Assembly (NCBI RefSeq): GCF_006345805.1
Contig: NC_043015.1
Coordinates: 42,346,001-42,410,000, forward strand
Length of the DNA stretch: 64,000 nucleotides
Reading direction: 5' to 3'
DNA from: Octopus sinensis
Taxonomy: Eukaryota
Of the stretch, positions 1 to 13,990 are shown piece after piece. Each line of letters opens with the position of its first letter. Positions within the stretch are counted from its first letter, which is position 1. The notes under the pieces were generated by a model. It saw nothing but the letters and a program-made list of their open reading frames with translations, ran no database searches and had not been told where the DNA came from. Made by a program: the position numbers and the translations under genes.

Positions 1-105
1 GTCCCACTGCGTGGCACCTTGGGCAAATGTCTTCTACTGTAGCCTCAGGCCGACCAAAGCCTTGTGAGTGGATTTGGTAGAGGGGAAACTGAAAGAAGCC
101 CGTTG

Positions 106-136
<31 letters not shown>

Positions 137-3100
137 GTATGTGTGTCTGTATATGTTTGTGTGTCTTGACAACCAATGCTGGTGAGTTTACGTCCCTGTA
201 ACTTAGCTGTTCAGCAAAAGACACCGATAGAATAAGTACTAGGCTTACAAAGAATAAGTCCTGGGGTCGATTTGCTCGACTAAAGGCGGTGCTCCAGCAT
301 GGCCACAGTCACATGACTGAAACAAGTAAAAAGTAAAGTATGTATGTGTCTGTATATGTTTTTGTGTGTGTATACATGTATGTATGTATGTCTGCATGTT
401 TGTGTATGTGTGGGTGTACATGTACGTGTATATCTGCATTTGTTTGTATGATGTCTCTTTGTGGTTGTTCGCCTCCCCCCTCCCCGTTTGCTTGCCGCCC
501 AGTGTTGGTTTCTTTACATCCTTGTAACCTAGCAATTCAGCAAAAGAGACTGACGGAACAAGTGCCAGGTTTCAAAATAAGTTAACTGGGACCAATTTTT
601 TTTCTCAACTAAACTGGCACCTGTGCCAGTGGCATGTGTAAAAGGATTTGAGCGAGGTCGTTGCCAGTGCCGCCTGACTGCCGGTGGCACGTAAAAAGCA
701 TCCACTAGACTCCTTGGAGTGGTTGGCATTAAGAAGGGTATCCAGCTGTAGAAACTCTGCCAAATCAAGATTGGAGCCTGGTGCAGCCATCTGGTTCACC
801 AGCCCTCAGTCAAAATCGTCCAACCCATGCTAGCATGGAAAGCGGACGTTAAATGATGATGAAATTGAACCCATGATCATACAATCATAAGCCAAATGCT
901 CTAACCATTAAACCATGTTCCTTCACACAAACACACACACACATAATTATGCAATAATCCTTTCTACTATAGGCAGAAGGCCTGAAATTTTGGGGGAGGG
1001 CAACTTGTTGATTACATTGACCCCAGTGTTTCACTGGTATTTAATTTATCAACCCCAAAAGGATCAAAGGCAAAGTCGACCTTGGTGACATTTGAACTCA
1101 GGACCTAAAGACAGACGAAATACTAAACATTTTTGCCCGGTGTTGTGATGATTGTTAGCTCACTACCTTACATATAAAATAATAATTAATTCTGATGATA
1201 ATGATAAACACTTCAAGGCAGTGCCCCAGTATGGCCATAGTCTAATGACTGAAACTGGTAAATGAATAAAAAAAAAGACAATCGTAAGGAGACGTCTCCA
1301 AAGATGACATCATTTATTCTTCCTGCCACTTCACACACACGGTGTCAGAATGAACCACGACAGCGTAAAGCTTGCAGCAGGTAAATTATATTGCTGGAGA
1401 GCAGTGTTAAAAGAAAGAGAGAAAGGAAGGCTAGCTAGCTCAATAGATAGATAGATAGATAAATAGATGGATGGATGGATGGATGGCGAGGAAAGAGAAG
1501 TGTTGCCTGCCAGGCAGTTACAATTAAAGTAAAACAGACAGATGGTGTGGTTCTTGAAGCTCAGTCAATGGACTGCAAATATATAATCGTGTGAGAAGTG
1601 CATCTGATTGGTGTCGGTTGAATCGCAGGGTGAGATAATCTCTTCTGAATTGCAATTATATGTGGTTGCTGCTGCTGCTGTTGTTGTCATCGTTGAATAG
1701 CACTTAGCTCCTATTTAAATGCAGTTGGCAGTGATGCCGTATGGAATTGCTTGTGAAGACAGTGACATCAGATTGAGATCATAAAATCTATTGCAAACAC
1801 ATTTTCTTTTATTTTTCTATCTCTTACTTGTTTCATTCATTGGACTTGCAGCTTAGAAGTGTTTTTAGTTGAATAAATGAATCGACCCTCCCCAGGAACT
1901 ATTTATTTATTTTTTTTTTTTAAAGCCTGGTTCTTATTCTAGTGGTCTTTTATACCGATCCACAAAGCTACAGGGACGTAAACAAACCAATGGGGTACAA
2001 GCAGAAACATATATACACTCACTCACTCTTCAATGGGCTTCTTTCAATTTTACTTTACTCTACCAAATCCATTTACAAGGCTTTGGGTCGGCACAGGGCT
2101 GTAGTTGAATCAGACACTTGCCCAAGGTGCCATGCAGTGGGACTGAACCTGAAACCTGAGGTTTGGGAACTTCTTACCACACACACATTTATGTGACTGG
2201 CACTGCTTTGGTTACAGTGACTCGGATTCCAGTTGATCCAATCAACGGAACAGTTTGCTCATGAAATTAACGTGCAAGTGGCTGAGCGCTCCACAGACAC
2301 GAAAACCCTTAACATCAGGGAGATTCAGCATGACACAGAATGTGACAAGACTGGCCCTAGGGGAACTAGTTGATTACATTGACCCCCAGTGTTTCACTGG
2401 TACTTAATTTATCGGCAAGCTGGCAGAAACGTTAGCACGCCGGGCGAAATGCTTCGCGGTATTTCGCCTGCTGTTACGTTCTGAGTTCAAATTCCGCCGA
2501 GGTCGACTTTGCTTTACATCCTTTCGGGGTCGATTAAATAAGTACCAGTTACACACTGGGGTCGATATAATCGACTTAATCCATTTGTCTGTCCTTGTTT
2601 GTCCTCTCTATGTTTAGCCCCTTGTGGGTAGTAAAGAAATAGGTATTTCGTCTGCCGCTACGTTCTGAGATCAAAAATCCGCCGAGGTCGACTTAACCTT
2701 TCATCCTTTCGGGGTCGATAAGTACCAGTTATGCACTGGGGTCGACGTAATCGACTTCAACTGTCCTTGTTTGTCCGCTCTGTGTTTAGCCCCTTGTGGG
2801 TAATAAAGAAACAGGTTCTGAAGTAACACGAGCAATTCGCGAGCACACACACACACACACACGTAATTTACCCTACAAGAGTACACACACAAAGCTTTAT
2901 GGGTTTTCTGTTTAAAGGTATATAAAATGAAAAGTGCTTCGTCACGGATCGCGTGGGCAAAGCGACGTGCGTGAACGACAGAGAATAATAAAAAAAAACC
3001 GTCATGAACTTAAACGCAGTACTCCACCCTCGCCCAGTAATAACGAATAACGTTGACACGCAACACAAGGTCTCGGTTTACGGAGTAGAAGAAACGTCAG

Positions 3101-3266
3101 ATTAAACCTCACCCCCATTGCCATCGCTAGCACTTAACCTATCTAGTTATGTGTTGTGCTTAGCTAACCGTATATTCATTTGTTGTTTAGCTCTAATTCC
3201 GCCGATTTTGTATCGTGACTTCAACCGGAATTACATCGATGTTGCTATGAAATGAAGAGTGCGCTC

Positions 3267-3299
<33 letters not shown>

Positions 3300-4997
3300 T
3301 AATTCTTTTTATTGGCCACAAAGGGCTGACAAAAAATGATTGGAAAACATAAAGGGACAAAACAGGGGCGAAAGGTTACAAAAGGTTTCGTCCGTTTGTG
3401 GAAAAAAAAAACCCGAGTAAAAAGCAGTATAACAACGAAAAACTCCCAAAAGAGGAGACGCTTCGAAAAAAAGAAAAGGTCTCACGTGGAAAAACCCATA
3501 AAAGCCACGGGAGCCTGGTCAAAAGGGGGGTAGTAATAATAATAATTCTTTCTACTAAAAAGACACAAGATCGGAAATTTGGAGGGAGGAGACAAGTCGA
3601 TTACATCACCCCCACCCCCCCCAGTGTTTCACTGGTACTTCATTTACCGACCCCGAAAGGATGAAAAGCAAAGTTGACTTCGGCAGAATTTGAACTCAGA
3701 CGAAATACCTATTCCTTTACAAGGGGCTAAGACAAACAAGGACAGACAAACGGATTAAGTCGATTATATCGACCCCAGTGCGTAACTGGTACTTATTTAA
3801 TCGACCCCCAAAAGGATGAAAGGCAAAGTCGACTTCGGCAGAATTTGAACTCAGAACATGAGGAGGACGAAATGCCGCTAAGAATTTTACACAGCGTGCT
3901 AACGACTCTGCCAGCTCACCGCCTTAATAATAATAATAATAACCCTTTCTACTATAGGCACAAGGACTGAGATTTGGGGGTGAGAGGAAAAAGTCTAAAA
4001 TATCGACCCCAGTACTCAATTGGTACTAATTTTATCGATCTCGAAAGGGTGAAAGGCAAAGTCAACCTCGGCGGAATTTGAACTCAAAACGTAAGGACGG
4101 ACGAAATGCCGTTAAGCATTTTGTCCGGTGTGCTAACGATTCTGCCAGCTCAACCCTTTCTACCAATAGGCACAAGGCCTGAAATTTTGTGGGTGGGGGG
4201 TTAGTCGATTATATAGACTTTAGGGCTTACTCAATTGGTATTTATTATTATATAATAAATAGTAGTTGAGCACTGGGGTCGATAGTAAAATCGATGTCAA
4301 GTTCACAATGAGAAAGAAACATAATTTCTTGACCATTCCAACGAATTCTGTGGCCTTATTGACATTTAATGCGTTTGGTGTGAGAAACTTAAAGCCTGCC
4401 TATACTTAAAAATAAGAGAACCTTCCAAAATACACAAACCGTAGCAACAGCAATGGGTCCTGCTTAAATGCATTGTAAAACTACCAAAACCACACAGGTG
4501 AATGGGGTTTTTTTTTTATCTGTTAGCTACATGGACGAGAAATGAACACGGGTCAGGTGTGTTGGTTAACACGCTACCATCACACCCAGTCGAGTTTGAT
4601 CGAACGGACATGTGACCAGAAACCCATTTCGGCGGTGACCATCCCCTCGCTTTACTGTGCTTTTATTTATTTCAAAACAACACAATTAACCTTATGAATA
4701 AATTAGATAGACAAATTCTTGTACGAAAGCCCATCACACGCGTGCGTGTGGGTGGGTGTGTCCCCCACCCCACCCCACCCCGCGCTTGACAACCGATGCT
4801 GGTTTGTTAACGTCCCCGTAGCTTAGCGGTTCGGCAACATAGACCGATATAATATGTACCAGACTTTAAAAAAAAATAAGTAACGAGGTTCGACTTGTTC
4901 GACTAAGATCTTTCAAGGCGGTGCCCCAGTATGGCCGCGGCCCAATGACTGAAACGAGTAAAAAAAATATATATATAATAATAGAAAGATAATCGGA

Positions 4998-5529
4998 TAC
5001 CTTTTTAAAACAGGATGCGGTTTGAAGGAGATTTGGCTGCTATTTCTAGCTACCTTTTTAAAACAGGATGCGGTTTGAAGGAGATTTGGCTGCTATTTCT
5101 AGTACCTTTTTAAAACAGGATGCGGTTTGAAGGAGATTTGGCTGCTATTTCTAGCTACCTTTTTAAAATAGGATGCGGTTTGAAGGAGATTTGGCTGCTA
5201 TTTCTAGTAACCTTTTTAAAACAGGATGCGGTTTGAAGGAGATTTGGCTGCTATTTCTAGCTACCTTTTTAAAACAGGATGCGGTTTGAAGGAGATTTGG
5301 TTGCTATTTCTAGCTACCTTTTAAAATAGGATGCGGTTTGAAGGAGATTTGGCTGCTATTTCTAGCTACCTTTTTAAAACAGGATGCGGTTTGAAGGAGA
5401 TTTGGCTGCTATTTCTAGCTACCTTTTTAAAACAGGATGTGTGGTTTGAAGGAGATTTGGCTGCTATTTCTAGCTACCTTTTTAAAACAGGATGCGGTTT
5501 GAAGGAGATTTGGCTGCTATTTCTAGCTA
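4998..5529. repeat. Minisatellite: 10 copies of a ~53-bp unit
   Basis: Unit CCTTTTTAAAACAGGATGCGGTTTGAAGGAGATTTGGCTGCTATTTCTAGCTA, with only a few substitutions and 1-2-bp indels between copies. Confidence 0.95.
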
Positions 5530-5981
5530 ACCGAATATCCACGTAGTAACATCCCGGCGCTCGGTTTGAAGACGAGCAACAGATTTGAATGCAAGGCATT
5601 CCTTCAAGCCTCGCAAAATTTGTGTGTGTGTGTGTGTGTGTGTGTGTAGAAATTGATCCACTTTTACACATTCCTCGACGGTTTTAAACGTAGGTCGTAG
5701 GTAAAGGTAGAGTAGAGGATTATCGATTCCATCGAACTATAAAACCGATCAATTACTATCCGCGCGTTATCCCACATGACGATCTCGCTCCTCCACACCG
5801 CAACCTTTCCCGTGCGATTCTCTTCACCTACACACAGACACACCTGTCTGAAATGGTAGAAATCTCCTTTGCCTATGCTTATTGTTTTTCCAGGTAACTC
5901 GATCGCCACGATGAACAGAGCGACAACAAAATCGATTTCTTTAAACTAGGCCTCGTTCGGAAATTATAAATATAAATATAA

Positions 5982-6031
<50 letters not shown>

Positions 6032-6099
6032 GCACACATACATATGTATTAGGAGAATAGTAAATTGCTATCTCTTATTCGGTTTTCTTCGTGTCTATT

Positions 6100-6525
6100 T
6101 TCATCTAATGGTCATGAATGTTGTTGGCTAATGAATGACTGAAAGAATAAGATCGCGAATGCAAGCGGCCGAAACGGGGTTCCTTCTCGACAGAGAGCGT
6201 AGCTCGGAGATCAGAGTGTCTCTCAGGTCGAACCGCTATTTCTCTGCATCGAGAGATCACAAGCTCCGGTATAACGGACGTATGTTATAGGTCGTCGCAG
6301 GACGCGATCGCGAAACGGATTCTTAAAAAACCGAGCCAAACTGGCAGGACACTGAAGAATAGACCAAGAATGAAATGGTTGGATAATACCCACAGCCTTA
6401 CTTAATCACGCTTGAGAATTCAACCGGAAAGTATAATGATGGTTACTTTTGATAGGCCTCTATGGAGATGCCTGGACTTTTGTCCTACTTCCGAAACGGT
6501 GCCAGGAGAAAATAGATGGATAATA
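6100..6525 (+). mobile_element. Decayed 3' end of an RTE-clade LINE (Rex3/Expander-like)
   Basis: Frameshifted translation GHEC..MTERIRSRMQAAETGFL..DRERSSEIRVSL/VEPLFLCIERSQ..AKRILKKPSQTGRTLKNRPRMKWLDN matches RTE ORF2 C-termini. Confidence 0.75.
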
Positions 6526-8495
6526 CAGTAATGAAGAATTCGTAGCATTTCCTGCTTCTTTCGTTTTTTTTTTTTTTCCATTCCTTCTTAAACCCCTGCC
6601 CCCTTATCTGCCAGCTCTGGTGCAGCAAAACACCTGTTCAACGGCGCTCCATCTATGACCGTTCCGTCAGAACCATATTTGTCGGATCAGACATTGGTGT
6701 AACCAGGACGAGAGCAAACATAGTGCATTCCCATTTTACGTAACGAGTGGGTTTGAATGGAAGTTGTCTATTAATTTTAGCAAATCAAAGATCGCCACCA
6801 GAGGTCACAGCCACCCCACCCCTCTCAATCAACACCCTAAACCCAAATCAGCGAACAATTTACCCCCACACGCCCACCACTCTCGATCAGACATTCTTTC
6901 TTCGTCACCCGGTGTCGAACAAGTTTAAAAGCATTCCTCATTCTATCAATCATGACAATCTGCCCGGCCCCTTCTCAACTGTTGCAAGCTCCTGCCGTCA
7001 TGGAAAATATTGCCCTAATTTTCTTTAGAAGACAGACAATGAAATAGGATGAGAGTGTAAAAAGTATACACTTAAATATAGACACAAATAACACACAGTA
7101 GTACCTGCTAGAAATAGCAGCCAAATACCACATGTGGGTGTTCGTTTGTCCCCCACCATCGTTTAACAACTGGTGGTGTGTTTACGTTCCCGTAACATAG
7201 CGGTTGGGTAAAAGAAACCGATAGAATAAGTACGAGGCCTTAAAAAAAATAATAAAGTACGTGGGTGGGGGGGTCGATTCGTTCAGCTAAAATTCTTCAA
7301 GGCGGTGCCCCGGCGTGACCGCAGTCGATAGACTGAAACAAGTAAAAGATTAAAAGATAAAAATGAAAATATTGGGTGGAGTGGGGGCGGGTCGATAAGC
7401 TATCGACAATTCCACGAAGAGGTCACCGAGATAAGAAATTTTGCCGACCCCTGCATTAAAGCAATGTAGGCCAAAAAGCTGCTAAAAAAAAAAAAAACGA
7501 ACCGGAATGGTCAGCACTAGAAGAGCTTGGATTAATCTGGCGCTTAAACAACCGTACCCACGCGTAAACATGGTAACAAACACACGTGCGCACAAACGAA
7601 CGCATACGAATGCAAACATGCACATATCTGAACGCCTACACACACACACACACACACAAAACACGTCGAGAAATATTTTCACGTCGACCAAAAAATCCAA
7701 GAATTGATGGATGTAGAGGAATGTTGGAATAACAGGTGAGGATCAGTGAGAGAGAGAGAGAGAGAGAGAGAGGGAATACGTTTAAAATGTTTAGTCTTTA
7801 TTTGGGGCCGACTTTGCCTTTTCATATTGACAAGGGCTGCTTTAATGTGGGCACTTCGCCTGCTAGAAACAAGAGTCAAATCTTTCAAAATCACATTACA
7901 TCATCATCATTTAGCGTCCGTTTTCCATGCTAGCATGGGTTGGACGGTTCTACTGGGGTCTGTGAAGCCAGAAGGCTTCATCAGGCCCAGTCAAATCTGG
8001 CAGTGTTTCTACGGCTGGATGCCCTTCCTAACGCCAACCACTCCGTGAGTGTAGTGGATGCTTTTTACGTGCCACCCGCACTGGTGCTAGACAGAGCTGG
8101 CAAACGGCCACGAACGGATGGTGCTTTTTATGTACCACCGGCACGAGGGCCAGGCGAGGCTGGCAATGGACACGAAACGGGGCGGTGCTGGCAACGGTCG
8201 CGAAACGGAAAGTTCTCTTACATGCCACCGGCACTGGTAACACATCTGCAATTTCCATTGATCGATTTCGATTCTGATCCTCACTTGCCTAAGGAAGGAC
8301 ATATTACATAATGCTATGTTATCCCAGCAATATACGGAAAAACTTACAATGTTATCCCAGGAGAATCACATGGTTCTGGGTTCAGTCCCACTGCGTGGCA
8401 CCTTGGGCAGGTGTCTTCTGCTATAGCCTCAAGCTGACCAAAGCCTCGTGAGTGGATCTGGTAGACGGAAACTGAAAGAAGCCCGTTGTATATAC

Positions 8496-8535
<40 letters not shown>

Positions 8536-8643
8536 GTATGTATATATATATATGTGTGTATGTATATATGTATGTGTGTATGTATATATGTATGTGTATA
8601 TGTATGTATGTATATAGTATGTGTATATATATATATACATATG

Positions 8644-8696
<53 letters not shown>

Positions 8697-10738
8697 GTGT
8701 GTGTATATGTTTGTTTGTCTGTGTTTGTCCCCCCCAACATCGCTTGACAACTAATGCTGGTGTGTTTACGTAACTTTGTAGTTCGGCAAAAGAGACCGTT
8801 AGAATAAGTACTAGGCTTACAAAGAATAAGTCCTGGGGTCAATTTGCTCGACTAAAGGTGGTGCTCCAGCATGGCCACAGTCAAATGACTGAAACAAGTA
8901 AAAGAGTGATCGATAGACACAATAACACTGTTGTTAACCCAATAATAAACAGGTACATTTACTATGTTATCCCAGTGAAAAGATATACACTAGCAATGCT
9001 AGCCCAACAATAGATATAGTGATGTCATTCCCATAGGAACCCTGTGAATAACAATATCCACTGTCCTGGTAAACCAGCAGATGGCCTTTTCAAAACAGAA
9101 CATTGGACAGCCTCCAGTATACCACCAGTTAGCACTGGGACAGCTTTGTTATTCCGGTATTGACTAAATCAATTAGGATCACACAGGCTCTAATATTGAT
9201 TTCTAACACTGGAAGATCACATATTGTGTGGGAGAGGGGGATATGGGAATAGGTAGTTAAATTGACCCCAGTATCTTGACTGGTACATTTTTTTTTATCA
9301 ACCCCAGACGCTTGAAAGGCAAACTCAGCCTTAGGGAGCAAAATTGTACTAAAAAAAGGCTGTATATATACTCTTCTCTGAATTGGGTGATGAGAAAATT
9401 TATCTGTCTCACTTTTCCGTTCTTGCCTCAGATTGAACAGATTTTATTAAGGAAGATTTTCTAAGTTCAGATGCCCTTCCTATCGCCAACCTTCACCTGT
9501 TTCCAAGCAAGGTAATATTTCTCCATGACAAGAAATGAATGACACTGTTGCTTGTATACAGTTTCATTTGCAAACCAACAAGCAATACCAGCACAAGGAG
9601 ATACAAACATACACACACCATATATATATATATGTACACATACATAAATATACTCAATAGAGTGGTTGGCATAAGGAAGGGCATCCAGCTGTAAAAACCC
9701 TGCCAAAAGAGACACAGTAGCCTGGGGGTAGTCTTCTGCCTGGCTGGCTCCTGTCAGACCGTCTAACCCATGCCTGCATGGAAGATGGACGTTAAACAAT
9801 GATGGTGATGATGATGATATAACCTAGCACCTTGTTGTACTTAAGAAGACCCATACACCACAGCAGTGTTAAGGTCGCTGCACCCTGGTAGGGAGGATTG
9901 GCTTGCAAGGGTCCTGTGCTGGTGCCACATAAAAGCAGCCAATACACTCTGTAAAGTGGTTGGCATTAGGAAGGGCATCCAGCCATAGAAACCAAACCAA
10001 ATCAGACTGGAGCCTGGAGCAGCTCTCCAGCTTGCCAACTCTGATCAAATCATCCAATCCGTGCCAGCATGGACAACAGACATTAAATGAAGATGATACA
10101 CACACATACATACACACGACAGGCTTCTTCCAGTTTCTGTCTAAGTCCACTCACAAGGTTTTGGTTGGCTCACAGCTATAAAAAATGACACTTCCCTAGG
10201 GTGCCATGCAGTGGGACTGAACTTGAAACCTCGTCATTGGGAAGATAACATTGTAACCATACAGCCACACCTGCACCCATAATCTATACATAAATAAATA
10301 CCACACGATCGTGGCCATTTGCCAGCCTCATCTGGCCCCTGTGCTGGTGGCACATAAAAAGCACCCACTACACTCATGGAGTGGTTGGCGTAAGGAAAGG
10401 CATCCAGCTGTAGAAACACTGCCAGATCAGATTGGAACCTGGTGCAGCCTCCTAGCTTCCAAGACCCCAGTTGAACCATCAAACCCATGATAGCATGGAA
10501 ATCAGACGTTAAACGATGATGATGACAGAATTTTCAGAAAGCTCATTTAAATGTCATTATGATGAAACAGAATTTCTCGTTTCTTGACTCATTAATATCA
10601 GAACATTTAACATTCTCTTAATTGTTTTGATTGATTACATTTTACATTTATATCACTCATGCATAAGCAATAAGCATGTATTGAGCTATAAGCTTAAAAA
10701 TTCTTATCACACCAAGGTCGTTATCAATTGGCATTTTT

Positions 10739-11290
10739 ATATCAGGTCATTAAGAATAAAATGTCCGATTTCAAACTGAAAGTTTATTTTACTTTATCTC
10801 AGCAAAAAGCAATGCAGTTAATCAAAGAATGCACTTAAATTATCAACACAGTTTTGCCATTTTATTGGTAGCTTATTTATGCCAGCAGTGAAGAATTCTG
10901 GAGAACAAGGGGTGAGGAAATCACAAAAGGCTGTTTTTTAATCTTCAGATTTTAAGTTTTTTTCCTTTCAAAAAGTTGTCTAATGCCTGAAAAACGTGGC
11001 AATCAGTTGGTGCAAGGTCTGGTGAATATGATGAATGACAGAGTACTTCCAAGTTCAGTTCCTGTAACTTGAGTAGCGTTATTTGTGCAACATGTGGTCG
11101 AGTATTGTCTTGCAAGAGAATTGGCCTGTCTCTATAGACCAATCTCAGTTGTTTAATTGCAAGTTCACTTATCATTTCATCCAATTGGTTGAAGTATACA
11201 TCTGCTGTAATTGACTTACCAGATCTCATGAAGCTGAAGTGGATGTCACCAGTGTTTGACCACCAAACAGACACCGTTAGCTTTTTTTAG
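10739..11290 (-). mobile_element. Mariner transposon 3' fragment with one terminal inverted repeat
   Basis: SVWWS...ILLQDNTRPHVAQ...HSSYSPDLAPTDCHVF are mariner DDD-domain motifs. The C-terminus INKLPIKWQNCVDNLSAFFD* follows a frameshift. Terminus TATCAGGTCATTAAGAATAAAATGTCCG at about 10739. Confidence 0.85.
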
Positions 11291-11514
11291 TGAATATTCT
11301 TTTTTGGATTGTGTTTTTTACAGCTGGATACCCTTAACACCAGCCATTCCCAAAGTGTAGTAAGTGCTTTTTACATGCCACCGGTATGGGAGCCAGTCAG
11401 ACGACACTGACATCAACCACATTCGAATGGTGCTTTTTACATGCCACTGGCACAGGAGCCAGTCAGGGGTCACTGGCATTCAGGCAGAACAATAATAATA
11501 ATCCCTAGCAATGA

Positions 11515-11729
11515 AAGTGAAACAAATCCATAAGGTGGCAAAAGTGAGTGTGGTACCTATTGTGATCGGTGCACTTGGGACCATTTCAAAGAGAGCAATA
11601 TTCTGGTGTCAAAGCGGCAAATACTGAACTTTGTAGGAAACAAATTTGGCAAGCAATACTCGGGACAGCTCAAGTTATGAGGAAAATGCTGCATCTCTAA
11701 GCTGAGATGTGACATAGATAAATCAGAAG

Positions 11730-11760
<31 letters not shown>
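11515..11760 (+). mobile_element. 3' end of an R4/Dong-type non-LTR retrotransposon
   Basis: KVSVVPIVIGALGTISK...AILGTAQVMRKMLHL* followed by an (AAT)n tail, typical of the REL-endonuclease C-terminus. Confidence 0.7.
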
Positions 11761-11761
<1 letters not shown>

Positions 11762-12230
11762 CTTTAGGCAAAATTTAATGATTAATCCATCTGTTTCTAA
11801 CATAGAAAAACAACAAAAATTTTGGCAAGAAACTCTTTAATTCAATGATAAGAAATGCATCTTTGAAACAAGACAATTCTATTTCGAAACACTGAAATTG
11901 CTAAGAGACTTTCCAGCTATACAAATAAGAAACTTAAATATATAAACACATCTACGCCAACCTATAAAAATTCGGCAATGTACGTGAAATGATCTGTGAT
12001 AACATTAAATAAGCAAACGACTTCAAACAATAATTGCCTTGCATATACTTTACAAAACACCATTGCTGCCCTCTTTCTCTCCTTCCTCATCCCTTTGGGT
12101 CGCTCAACCTCATTTGTCATTCTGCTGCTGTTCTTTGTTATTGTCGCCAATGCATTTAAGTTTGTTACCTTAGAATAAAACTTGTTTGAGAGATTGCATG
12201 CATGCACGTACACTCGCGTGTATGTGTGTG

Positions 12231-12320
<90 letters not shown>

Positions 12321-12543
12321 ATATATATATATCTTTCTCTTTTCTCTTTTACTTGTTTCAGTCATTTGACTGCGGCCATGCTGGAGCACCGCCTTTAGTC
12401 GAGCACATCGACCCTGGGACTTATTCTTTGGAATCCCAGTACTTATTCTATCAGTCTCTTTTGCCGAACCGCTAAGTGATGGGGACGTAAACACACAGCA
12501 TTGGTTGTCAAGCAATGCTAGGGGGACAAACACAGACACACAC

Positions 12544-12579
<36 letters not shown>

Positions 12580-12931
12580 TACATATATATATATACATAT
12601 ATATACATATATACGAAGGGCTTCTTTCAGTTTCCGTCTACCAAATCCACTCACAAGGCATTGGTCGGCCCGAGGCAAAAGTAGAAGACACTTGTCCAAG
12701 GTGCCATATATATATATATATATATCTGTAAAATAATATGTGACAATTATTCAAAAGCCAAGATAAAACTCTGAGTTTCGGATGCCGAGGTGGAAATCCA
12801 AAACACCATCTCTTCGGTTATCTGGCCATCTTGGCTATTGAATAATTGTCACATATTATTCTACAGATAAATTTCCTCTATTTACATAATATTGAGGTCT
12901 CTTTCTTTCTTTTGTTATCTTACCGTTTTTA

Positions 12932-12967
<36 letters not shown>

Positions 12968-13329
12968 CTAGCAGTATCGCCTGGCGTTGCTCGGGTTTGT
13001 TTCAACCCTTTAGAATTGGAATTTTTGAAAAGTAAAAACTTTGCATGATGTAGCTTGTTATTCTCTTTAAGTGAACATTTTTCTGGTTGAAGTACACCGA
13101 AAAATGGCAACGCAGCAGTCAAAAAATCGTAAAAAATAAGGATTTACATAGAAAAAAAAAAAGCACCTTTTTGATGTAAATAATATTTGGTGTTAACATG
13201 GTCAGATTTGAATTTTTTCTTCTACGGAATGAAGAGCAAGCCTTCTATCATACTCTCAGAGGAGATAGTGTCTGTTGAAGGCTACCAAACCTGCCATACA
13301 CAGACAACTTCAGCTTTATATATATAAGA
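12968..13329 (-). mobile_element. Non-autonomous Helitron
   Basis: On the minus strand it starts A|TCTTATATATATAAAG and ends CCCGAGCAACGCCAGGCGATACTGCTAG|T: 5'-TC, 3'-CTAG, A/T insertion site and a GC-rich subterminal segment. Confidence 0.75.
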
Positions 13330-13956
13330 TATATATATATATATATATATATACGTGTGTGTGTAGATGGGGTTGAAACTCATGTTGTGTCCCTTTGAGG
13401 TACATCTGCTTATTTCAGATGTCATACTTGTGTGAGGTATGCATAATATTTTGTCATATCTTTCACTTGTCTCAGGCATTTGACTGTGGCCATGCTGGGG
13501 CACTGCCTTGAAGGATTTTAGTTGAACAAATCGACCCTAGCACTTTTTCTTTCTAAAGCCCAGTACATATTGCATTAGGAACTTTTGCTTAAACACTAAG
13601 TTATGGGAACATAAACACACCAGCAACAGTTATCATGTTGTGGGTGGTGGGGAACACAGACACAAAGACACACAAATATATACTTATATACGATGGGCTT
13701 CTTTCAGTTTCCGTCATCCAAATCCACTCACAAGGCTTTAGTTGGCCCGAGACAAAAGTAGAAGACACTTGCCCAAGGTGCCATGCAGTGGGACTGAACC
13801 CAGAACTGTGTGGTTGGGAAGCAAGCTTCTTACCACACAGCCATGCCTACACCTTATAAGGGTCGAAAATTTTGGAAAATACTTTTTAGCAGAGTAATTA
13901 CACATCCAAATAGGAGATTGGAAAAAAAATATATTTGGCATGTATATGTGTGGGGG

Positions 13957-13990
<34 letters not shown>

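Noticed and set aside
1290-1800. Possible exons near 1290-1380 (donor CAG|GTAAAT) and 1560-1790
   Set aside because: The frames are short or interrupted on both strands, and no protein is recognisable.
4998-5529. CRISPR-like appearance of the 53-bp array
   Set aside because: The units are contiguous with no unique spacers, the context is eukaryotic, and there are no cas genes.
5664-5909. Minus-strand ORF with VWRSEIVMWDNA, faintly like a Cys-loop receptor W.PDIVLYNNA motif
   Set aside because: A single weak motif with no Cys loop or neighbouring exons. The similarity is not convincing by eye.
11790-12213. Exon-like readings on both strands (for example NKLKCIGDNNKEQQQNDK* on the minus strand as a last exon of the unidentified gene)
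   Set aside because: There are several mutually exclusive short frames and no way to choose between them without transcript data.
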